DNA from: Bacteroidales bacterium UBA1176
GTDB taxonomy: Bacteria; Bacteroidota; Bacteroidia; Bacteroidales; WCHB1-69
DNA length: 64,000 bases
Assembly (NCBI GenBank): GCA_002311645.1
Contig: DBYW01000035.1
Coordinates: 26,306 to 90,305, forward strand
Direction of reading: 5' to 3'
This document shows, piece after piece, positions 11,699-18,388 of the stretch. The first letter of the stretch is position 1, and every line of letters begins with the position of its first letter. A program made the translations under genes and the position numbers. The notes under the pieces were generated by a model. The model saw only the letters and a list, made by a program, of their open reading frames with translations. It made no database searches and was not told where the DNA came from.

Positions 11699-13462
11699 CT
11701 ATTTCACAACAATTTTCTTCGTAACACTGTTGTTCACACGCACCATGTATGTGCCGACAGACCAGTTGCGGACATCCACATCGTATTCGCTTTCCATTCC
11801 TTTTGCAGACCACACCATTTTGCCATTCATGTCGAAAACCTCGACGCAATTGATTGCATCGCCAGTGACTTTCAAATAATCAGAGGCAGGATTGGGATAG
11901 AGAGAAATGTGCATGATCTGGTTTTCGTCAATACCGACAGTGTGGAATGAGACAGAGACATCAAGGACATTCTCTTGATTGGTGATATCATTGGAATAGA
12001 GCGCAATGTGGGCTGTCTTGGTACACTCGGCAGGATGATCCGGGTTGACAAATGTTATGGTCTCCGTGACTTGTCCGCCCGCATTGATGGTGCCAGACGG
12101 GGAGGAAACGGTTATCCAGGGTTCGATGGGGGTGCCGTCGACAATGGCGGAAAGCATCCAGTTGCCTGTAAGGTCGGGATTGCCATTGAGTTCATTCCAC
12201 GCCACACCCGTCTTGTACCAGTTGCCATACGGATGTGGTGTGACGGCGTCGTCGAGCCCGATGGAGGGAAGGGTAGTTTGCGTCGGATCCTGCTCATAAT
12301 AGATGCCGAACCAGAAATCGCGACCGTTCAGCACGTATGGAGTGGTGAGATTGATTGTATTCACGCCCTCCACAGGGACAAAATTCTGTTCATAGACCAT
12401 ATCGCCAGGGCCATCGACCAAAATGCCTCCCATGTCGTAGATGCGAATCTTAGCAACGTTTATATAGTCGCTATTATTGATGGACACATTAATGGCATTG
12501 ATTTGCTTGCCTACCAGGTCCATGGACACGACCTCCTCGGCGGTGAATCCTGCGGCCACCTGGATAGCTTCCGTGTTGTTGAAGAGCACACCCGTGTACT
12601 CCGTTCCGGCGCGGGTAAGCTCCTGCGATCCCGTTGACGTGGTGTTGGGAGTGAACTCGTAATACGGCACCAGGCGATAGTTGACGGGAGCGCCGCCAGG
12701 ATTGCTCAGCGTCAGGGCATAGGTGCCTGTTGCGGCATTGTCCACCGTCACATTGATGTCGCTGGTCGGAGAGAAGGAGAACTGCCCGTCATTGGCCGAG
12801 GTGATCTCCGTAAAGACAAAATTGTCCACATAATAGGTTCCTGTTGCATTGTTGGGAGCTCCCGCATAAAAATTGATGGAACCCAACTGGTTGATACCGT
12901 TTGCGCTATTGGATTCGTTGGAGAAAGGCCATGACTGCACCACCACATTGTTGACAGTCATCGTGATGAGATCCTGGTCAAGATCAATGTGAGCCTTGAC
13001 GTGGAACCAGGCATTGTTGGGCATTGTGAAGTTGTAGGTCGTGCCAGCCACGCTGAAATAACCAGTTCCAGAGGTGGTGAAATAGCATTCGAACGCCCAT
13101 TGCACGCCCGGGTTGTAGTAGTGCTGGATGTTGAAATAGGCACCACTGCCGGTGGTCGGGACATAGTAGTCGAAATCAACATCGAACACACCCGTGGTCT
13201 GATTGGAAAACCGGTAGATGATGTCGTTGGTACCGGTCACCTTCAAGGAGTTGGAGCCACTGGAGGCCTGTTCCGTGGAGATGACGGCATCCTCGGCCGT
13301 GCCGGGAGCATTGCTCCACGTGGTCCAGTCCGTGTTGTTCTGCGAGCAGAGTTGCTGTCCAGCCGTGTAGGAATCGAAGTTGTCACTGAAGACAACGGTC
13401 TGCGCCTGCAATGCGGCCATCATACCGCACATCAGACATACAAAAAATAAAAATTTCTTCAT
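11699..13462 (-). CDS. Secreted protein with T9SS type-A C-terminal sorting domain (probable lectin/LamG-like N-terminal domain)
   Basis: The signal peptide is MKKFLFFVCLMCGMMAALQAQ. The C-terminal ~75 aa LYPNPASDYLKV...GTYMVRVNN...KIVVK matches the Por secretion tail. An alternative ATG lies at 13471. Confidence 0.7.
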   Translation of the reverse strand: MKKFLFFVCLMCGMMAALQAQTVVFSDNFDSYTAGQQLCSQNNTDWTTWSNAPGTAEDAVISTEQASSGSNSLKVTGTNDIIYRFSNQTTGVFDVDFDYYVPTTGSGAYFNIQHYYNPGVQWAFECYFTTSGTGYFSVAGTTYNFTMPNNAWFHVKAHIDLDQDLITMTVNNVVVQSWPFSNESNSANGINQLGSINFYAGAPNNATGTYYVDNFVFTEITSANDGQFSFSPTSDINVTVDNAATGTYALTLSNPGGAPVNYRLVPYYEFTPNTTSTGSQELTRAGTEYTGVLFNNTEAIQVAAGFTAEEVVSMDLVGKQINAINVSINNSDYINVAKIRIYDMGGILVDGPGDMVYEQNFVPVEGVNTINLTTPYVLNGRDFWFGIYYEQDPTQTTLPSIGLDDAVTPHPYGNWYKTGVAWNELNGNPDLTGNWMLSAIVDGTPIEPWITVSSPSGTINAGGQVTETITFVNPDHPAECTKTAHIALYSNDITNQENVLDVSVSFHTVGIDENQIMHISLYPNPASDYLKVTGDAINCVEVFDMNGKMVWSAKGMESEYDVDVRNWSVGTYMVRVNNSVTKKIVVK

Positions 13463-13532
13463 AACATACAATTTTAGTTTGACATTAGTTTTGCTTATTT
13501 TCTTGTTTTAACCTTTTTTACAAAAGATGCCG

Positions 13533-13540
13533 CAAACATA
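13533..13540 (-). promoter_or_regulatory. -7 element (TATGTTTG on minus strand) for the CTD-protein gene
   Basis: CAAACATA on the plus strand, 61-70 nt upstream of the start. Confidence 0.45.
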
Positions 13541-13635
13541 CATAATTTAATCCATACGCGCAAGGGCTAACCGTGAAAAAAAGTTAAAAAACATCATTGT
13601 TCCACAACACTCCCCTGCTATATCAGGGAAAAAAG

Positions 13636-13643
13636 TATTTTTG
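13636..13643 (+). promoter_or_regulatory. -7 element TATTTTTG for the lipoprotein-rSAM operon
   Basis: GGGAAAAAAGTATTTTTGCC, 16 nt upstream of ATG 13660. Confidence 0.6.
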
Positions 13644-13659
13644 CCAAAATTTAAAAACA

Positions 13660-14067
13660 ATGTTGTCAAAACTAAAAGAGAAGAAAAGAGCGTGGAAACG
13701 CGCCTTGTTCGGCTCCTTCGCCGCCACATCCGTCATGTTCACTTTCTGCGCCTGCTACGGCATGCCAAAGGAATACATTAATTTAGATGAAATAAGCGGT
13801 ACGGTCGTCGATGCCGAGACCGGCAGTCCCGTAGCTGGAGTGCAGGTGCAGTCCAGAGGGTTGATAGATGCCATCACCGACAGCACCGGCTATTTTGTCG
13901 ATTCCACCGACAGGACTGTGGATTCATGGCAGCCGATAGACTTCGCCGTTCGCGACATTGACGGTGCCGAGAACGGAATCTATGAAGACTTGGACACTTC
14001 CGTACTTGCTGCCGACCTTCTCTCACCCCTGCATTTGCAGGTCAAGCCGAAACACGATGACCGATAA
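13660..14067 (+). CDS. Radical-SAM-associated putative lipoprotein (carboxypeptidase-regulatory-like fold)
   Basis: ATG at 13660 lies 16 nt after a -7 promoter element. 135 aa with signal plus lipobox (MFTFCACYGMP) and ISGTVVDAETGSPVAGVQVQ. Its stop overlaps the rSAM gene start by 11 nt. Confidence 0.65.
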   Translation: MLSKLKEKKRAWKRALFGSFAATSVMFTFCACYGMPKEYINLDEISGTVVDAETGSPVAGVQVQSRGLIDAITDSTGYFVDSTDRTVDSWQPIDFAVRDIDGAENGIYEDLDTSVLAADLLSPLHLQVKPKHDDR

Positions 14068-15109
14068 AAGGCCTCTCAGGCGCTGGCTGTTCCGCAGTTT
14101 CAGGAAAAACGAGACGGAGATCCACGAGCTGAACTATCTCTTTTGGGAGTGCACATGGCGCTGCAATCTCTCGTGTCGCCATTGCGGATCCGACTGCAAG
14201 GCGGACGCCATAGCATCCGACATGCCCTTCCAAGACTTCCTGAGAGCCATCGAGCCTTTGGAACAGCGCTATCCCCGCGACACGGTCATCATTGCCATCA
14301 CAGGTGGGGAGCCGCTGTTGCGCCCTGATTTGGCGGAATGCGGACGGCAGTTGCGAGAGCACGGTTTCCGCTGGGGTATCGTTTCCAACGGAATGTTGTA
14401 CGATGAATCTCGTCACCGTGAACTCTTAGCGGCTGGTCTCAACTCCGTCACCATCAGCTTGGACGGACTTGAAGAGACGCACAACTGGCTGCGTGGCAAC
14501 CTGCAGAGTTTCCAGCGAGCCTTAGCCGCCCTCAAGCTCATCGCCGCCACCCCGCAGCTCGCCTACGATGTGGTGACCTGCGTACATCCCCGCAACCTGT
14601 CGGTCCTGCCAGCACTCAAGGAGATCCTCCTCGCCAACGGCATCCAGCACTGGCGCTTGTTCACCATCGCCCCCATCGGACGCGCCACACAAGACGACAA
14701 CCTGCAACTTTCCCGCCCGCAAGTCGAACAGATGCTGCAATTCATCGCCGACACCCGCAAGGAGGGGCACATCGACCTTTCATTCAGTTGCGAGGCCTAT
14801 ACGGGCAAATACGAGGAAAACATCCGTAACAGCTACTTCTTCTGCCGTGCTGGAATCAACATCGGCAGCGTCCTGATAAACGGTGACATCTGCGCCTGCC
14901 CCAACGTGAACCGTTCCTACGTGCAAGGCAACATCTACCACGACAACCTCCTGGATGTCTGGGACAACAGATTCCAGGTCATGCGCGACCGGCAATGGAT
15001 GAAACGCGGTCCCTGCGAGCATTGCAAGGAGTTCAAGCAATGCCTCGGCGGAGCCTTACACCTCCGCCCAAATCCAACAAGCGACATATTAAGATGCTAT
15101 CGTTTCTAA
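14057..15109 (+). CDS. Radical SAM / SPASM-domain enzyme (lipoprotein-associated family)
   Basis: ATG at 14057. 350 aa. The CxxxCxxC motif is CNLSCRHC. The C-terminal Cys cluster (FFCRAG...GDICACP...CEHCKEFKQC) is typical of SPASM/twitch auxiliary clusters. Confidence 0.8.
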   Translation: MTDKRPLRRWLFRSFRKNETEIHELNYLFWECTWRCNLSCRHCGSDCKADAIASDMPFQDFLRAIEPLEQRYPRDTVIIAITGGEPLLRPDLAECGRQLREHGFRWGIVSNGMLYDESRHRELLAAGLNSVTISLDGLEETHNWLRGNLQSFQRALAALKLIAATPQLAYDVVTCVHPRNLSVLPALKEILLANGIQHWRLFTIAPIGRATQDDNLQLSRPQVEQMLQFIADTRKEGHIDLSFSCEAYTGKYEENIRNSYFFCRAGINIGSVLINGDICACPNVNRSYVQGNIYHDNLLDVWDNRFQVMRDRQWMKRGPCEHCKEFKQCLGGALHLRPNPTSDILRCYRF

Positions 15110-15170
15110 CCCGTTAATTGCCCTTTTAACTTTTAATATTTTTTAAGACGCACAGTTGTTCATTTTTTTT

Positions 15171-15178
15171 TACTTTTG
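15171..15178 (+). promoter_or_regulatory. -7 element TACTTTTG for mini-lipoprotein A
   Basis: Preceded by a T-run, 38 nt upstream of ATG 15217. Confidence 0.5.
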
Positions 15179-15216
15179 CCACATCAAAATTCATTAACCC
15201 ATAAAGTTTTGAAATT

Positions 15217-15444
15217 ATGAAAAAAATTATTTGCGTATGCGCTGCCTGCCTCATGATGGCGGCCCTCACAACCTCCTGCAACAAAAGATGCGAATGCAAG
15301 TCCTACCTCGCCGGACATGTGACCACGACGGAATTCGATCTTGACAAAGACAACTACAAAAAATGTTCCGACATGAACATTACCACGACAGAGATCAACG
15401 GCACCATCATGACGGGCATGGAATGCCGGAGTGTTTTGTTTTAA
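15217..15444 (+). CDS. Cys-patterned mini-lipoprotein, paralog A
   Basis: 75 aa. Signal plus lipobox LTTSC. Cys at 21, 25, 27, 50 and 70. Own TACTTTTG promoter. Confidence 0.6.
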   Translation: MKKIICVCAACLMMAALTTSCNKRCECKSYLAGHVTTTEFDLDKDNYKKCSDMNITTTEINGTIMTGMECRSVLF

Positions 15445-15473
15445 TTTTTTTTCCTTCCATATTAAAAAAAATG

Positions 15474-15481
15474 TATTTTTG
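15474..15481 (+). promoter_or_regulatory. -7 element TATTTTTG (strong-cassette variant) for mini-lipoprotein B
   Basis: AAAAAAAATGTATTTTTGCCGCG, 34 nt upstream of ATG 15516. Confidence 0.65.
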
Positions 15482-15515
15482 CCGCGAATTTAGTACTAAC
15501 TTAAAAACCTTAAAA

Positions 15516-15755
15516 ATGAAAAAATTAATGGCTATTTGCGCTGCAACTTTGATGTTGGCAGCTGTTGCAAGCTCTTGCAGCAAGATTTGTACCTGCACTG
15601 TTGAATACGGTATTGGTGGCAGTACTGTGTCTACCACTCTTAATGACATTGACCTGAAAGGCACCAGTTACAAGAACTGCAACGCTTACGGTGATGCTTT
15701 GCAAGCCACCTACAACATGTACAGCGATGTCAAAATTGACTGCAAGAAACAATAA
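15516..15755 (+). CDS. Cys-patterned mini-lipoprotein, paralog B
   Basis: 79 aa, starting at the internal ATG 15516. Signal plus lipobox VASSC. Cys at 21, 25, 27, 55 and 76. It has a strong promoter cassette upstream and a hairpin terminator downstream. Confidence 0.65.
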   Translation: MKKLMAICAATLMLAAVASSCSKICTCTVEYGIGGSTVSTTLNDIDLKGTSYKNCNAYGDALQATYNMYSDVKIDCKKQ

Positions 15756-15776
15756 TTTTTTGCATTCGGAAACCAA

Positions 15777-15803
15777 AAGCCCCTCAATCAGGGGCTTTTT
15801 TTA
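15777..15803 (+). terminator. Intrinsic terminator after mini-lipoprotein B
   Basis: Stem AAGCCCCT / AGGGGCTT, loop CAATC, then a T-run. Confidence 0.75.
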
Positions 15804-15809
15804 TTTTTG
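15802..15809 (+). promoter_or_regulatory. -7 element TATTTTTG for rimO(-hydF)
   Basis: 23 nt upstream of ATG 15833. Confidence 0.55.
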
Positions 15810-15832
15810 CACCCCCTTACAAAACATCGGCT

Positions 15833-17110
15833 ATGACCATCAACATCATCACTTTGGGATGCTCCAAGAACATCGTCGACTCGGAAGTGTTAGCCGCCCA
15901 ACTGCAGAAGCAGGGGCACCAACTCCTCTTCGAAAGCGCCATGCGCAGCGACATCGTGATTCTCAACACCTGCAGCTTCATTGGAGACGCACGCGAGGAG
16001 TCCGTGGACGAGATTCTGCAGCAACTGGAACGCAAACACCGCGGCCAGGTCAAGAAAGTCTACGTGGTGGGCTGCCTTGCCCAACGCAGCAAGGACGAGT
16101 TAGCGGAGGCCCTGCCCGAAGTGGACGGTATCTTCACCTTCGCGGAGCTGCGCAACCTCGTACAGAAGAACGACTTTCAGCTGTTGGGGACCTCCGAGCG
16201 ACTGCTCTCCACCCCGAAGCATTACGCCTATCTGAAAGTCTCGGAGGGTTGCGACCACCAATGCTCCTACTGCGCCATCCCGCTCATTCGTGACCGTCAG
16301 GTCTCCAAGCCGATTCCGCTATTGGTAGAAGAGGCCCACAAGCTCGCCGACGAGGGCGTCAAGGAGGTGATGCTCATCGCCCAAGACCTCACCTACTACG
16401 GTATAGACCTCACCGGCAAGCGCGAGCTCGCCCCGCTGATGGAGGCTCTCGCGGAAGTGCGCGGCATCGAGTGGATACGCCTGCACTACGCCTACCCGCT
16501 CAACTTCCCCTTCGAGATCCTTGACGTGATGAACCGGCACCCGCAATATTGCCATTACCTCGACATCCCCATCCAGCACATCAGCGACGAGATTCTCAAG
16601 AGCATGCGACGCGGCGGCAGCGCGGCCTACATTTACGACATGGTGGCCCGCATCCGTGAAACCGTGCCCGACATAGCCCTGCGCACCACCCTCATCTCCG
16701 GATATCCCACCGAAACCCGCGAACAGCACCAGGAGCTGGTCGAGTTTGTGCGCAAGACACGATTCGACCGCCTCGGGGTCTTCACCTACTCACAAGAGGA
16801 GGACACGCCCGCCTTTCCACTCGGAGACCCCATCAAGGCTTCCGAAAAAAACCGCCGCCAGCGCGAGATCATGCGACTGCAGGAGAAAATCTCCCAGGAG
16901 CTCAACCAAGCCAAGGTGGGCAAAACTTTCAAAGTCATCATCGACAACGAGGAACAGGATGCCTACGTGGGCCGCACCGAATACGACTCCCCCGACGTGG
17001 ACAACTGCGTACTCATTTCCAAGACAAAAGCCCTTACCATCGGAGATTTCTACCAAGTGCGCATCACCGAGGCCGGGCCATACGATCTTTTCGGCGAGGT
17101 GTTTTCGTAA
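15833..17110 (+). CDS. rimO: Ribosomal protein S12 methylthiotransferase RimO
   Basis: 425 aa. The N-terminus reads INIITLGCSKNIVDSE. The radical SAM motif is CDHQCSYCAIP, and the C-terminus is TRAM-like. Confidence 0.85.
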   Translation: MTINIITLGCSKNIVDSEVLAAQLQKQGHQLLFESAMRSDIVILNTCSFIGDAREESVDEILQQLERKHRGQVKKVYVVGCLAQRSKDELAEALPEVDGIFTFAELRNLVQKNDFQLLGTSERLLSTPKHYAYLKVSEGCDHQCSYCAIPLIRDRQVSKPIPLLVEEAHKLADEGVKEVMLIAQDLTYYGIDLTGKRELAPLMEALAEVRGIEWIRLHYAYPLNFPFEILDVMNRHPQYCHYLDIPIQHISDEILKSMRRGGSAAYIYDMVARIRETVPDIALRTTLISGYPTETREQHQELVEFVRKTRFDRLGVFTYSQEEDTPAFPLGDPIKASEKNRRQREIMRLQEKISQELNQAKVGKTFKVIIDNEEQDAYVGRTEYDSPDVDNCVLISKTKALTIGDFYQVRITEAGPYDLFGEVFS

Positions 17111-17131
17111 TCGTTAATAAATCAAATCATC

Positions 17132-18304
17132 ATGAAGGGGAAAGAAAACAAACCGCATATCGGCATTTTTGGACGGCGCAACAACGGCAAGAGTTCGCTC
17201 ATCAATGCCATCACGGGGCAGGAGACGGCCATCGTGGACGCCACCGCCGGCACCACCACCGACCCTGTGCGCAAGTCCATCGAGATTTTCGGCATCGGCC
17301 CTGTGGTGCTTATCGACACTGCCGGCATCGACGACGAAGGTCCCGTCGGGCAGAAGCGCGTGCAGAAGTCGATGAACGTGCTCACGACCATAGACTTTGC
17401 CCTGATAGTCATCACCAACCGCGAGTTCGGTGCACCCGAACAGATGTTAACGGAAAAGCTCCGACAGTATGACATTCCCTTCCTGATGGTGAACAACAAG
17501 GCCGACCTGCCACAATCCCCTGAAGAGGTCACCCTGCCCTGTCCGGTCATCGACGTGAGCGCCAAGACGGGCGCAGGTATCGAGGACATGCTCGCAGAGA
17601 TGGTGCGCCTCATGCCGCCGTCGGCTTATATTTCGCACTCGCTGCTCGGTGACATCATCGACGAAGGCGACACCGTGGTGCTGGTCACGCCCATCGACTC
17701 CGAAGCCCCAGAAGGACGACTCATCCTGCCGCAGGTGCAGCTCATCCGCGACGTGCTTGACAACGACGCCGTGGCGGTAGTGCTCAAGGAGGACAAAGTA
17801 GGCGATTGGTTGAAATGCAATCCCGCACCGCGCCTCGTGGTCACCGACAGCCAGATGTTCGCGCGCGTAGCCCGGGACGTGCCCGAGGAGGTGCCGCTCA
17901 CGGGCTTCAGCATCGTGCTTGCCCACCACAAGGGAGCTTTCGAGCAATACCTGCAAGGCACCCCCCACCTTGACAAGCTCCAAGACGGGGACCGCATCCT
18001 GATGTTGGAGTCGTGTACCCACCTCACCTCGTGTGAGGACATCGGGCGCGGCAAGTTGCCCCGCTGGATACGGCAGCACACAGGCAAAGAGCTCCACTTC
18101 GACTTTGTGACGGGCCTCGATGCCCTGCCCGATATCGGCCAATATGCAATGGTCATCCAGTGCGGGGGCTGCATGGTGACACGACGCCAACTCCTCAACC
18201 GCCTCAAGCCCGCCATCGACCGCGGCATCCCCGTCAGCAACTATGGCATGACGATTGCCTACTTGAACGGCATCTTCGACAGAGCGGTGAAGGTTTGGAG
18301 ATAA
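17132..18304 (+). CDS. hydF: [FeFe]-hydrogenase maturation GTPase HydF
   Basis: 390 aa. P-loop GRRNNGKSSLINAITGQ. The C-terminal cluster region reads CTH...QCGGC. It starts 21 nt after the rimO stop. Confidence 0.75.
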   Translation: MKGKENKPHIGIFGRRNNGKSSLINAITGQETAIVDATAGTTTDPVRKSIEIFGIGPVVLIDTAGIDDEGPVGQKRVQKSMNVLTTIDFALIVITNREFGAPEQMLTEKLRQYDIPFLMVNNKADLPQSPEEVTLPCPVIDVSAKTGAGIEDMLAEMVRLMPPSAYISHSLLGDIIDEGDTVVLVTPIDSEAPEGRLILPQVQLIRDVLDNDAVAVVLKEDKVGDWLKCNPAPRLVVTDSQMFARVARDVPEEVPLTGFSIVLAHHKGAFEQYLQGTPHLDKLQDGDRILMLESCTHLTSCEDIGRGKLPRWIRQHTGKELHFDFVTGLDALPDIGQYAMVIQCGGCMVTRRQLLNRLKPAIDRGIPVSNYGMTIAYLNGIFDRAVKVWR

Positions 18305-18330
18305 CCATCCAAACTGTATCTATTTTTTTT

Positions 18331-18338
18331 TATCTTTG
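18331..18338 (+). promoter_or_regulatory. -7 element TATCTTTG for gcvP
   Basis: 50 nt upstream of ATG 18389. It is embedded in the palindrome at 18333-18354. Confidence 0.5.
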
Positions 18339-18354
18339 CAGCCATCTGCAAAGA
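18333..18354. promoter_or_regulatory. Perfect 9-bp inverted repeat overlapping the gcvP -7 element (operator candidate or hydF terminator)
   Basis: TCTTTGCAG-CCAT-CTGCAAAGA. The left arm contains the TTTG of TATCTTTG (18331-18338). A T8 run begins 6 nt after the right arm. Confidence 0.45.
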
Positions 18355-18388
18355 AAGATATTTTTTTTATAACTAATTTATAACCACT

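Noticed and set aside
18305-18388. A possible glycine riboswitch upstream of gcvP.
   Set aside because: The gap is only 84 nt and AT-rich. It lacks the conserved glycine-aptamer core elements and leaves no room for even a single aptamer plus expression platform.
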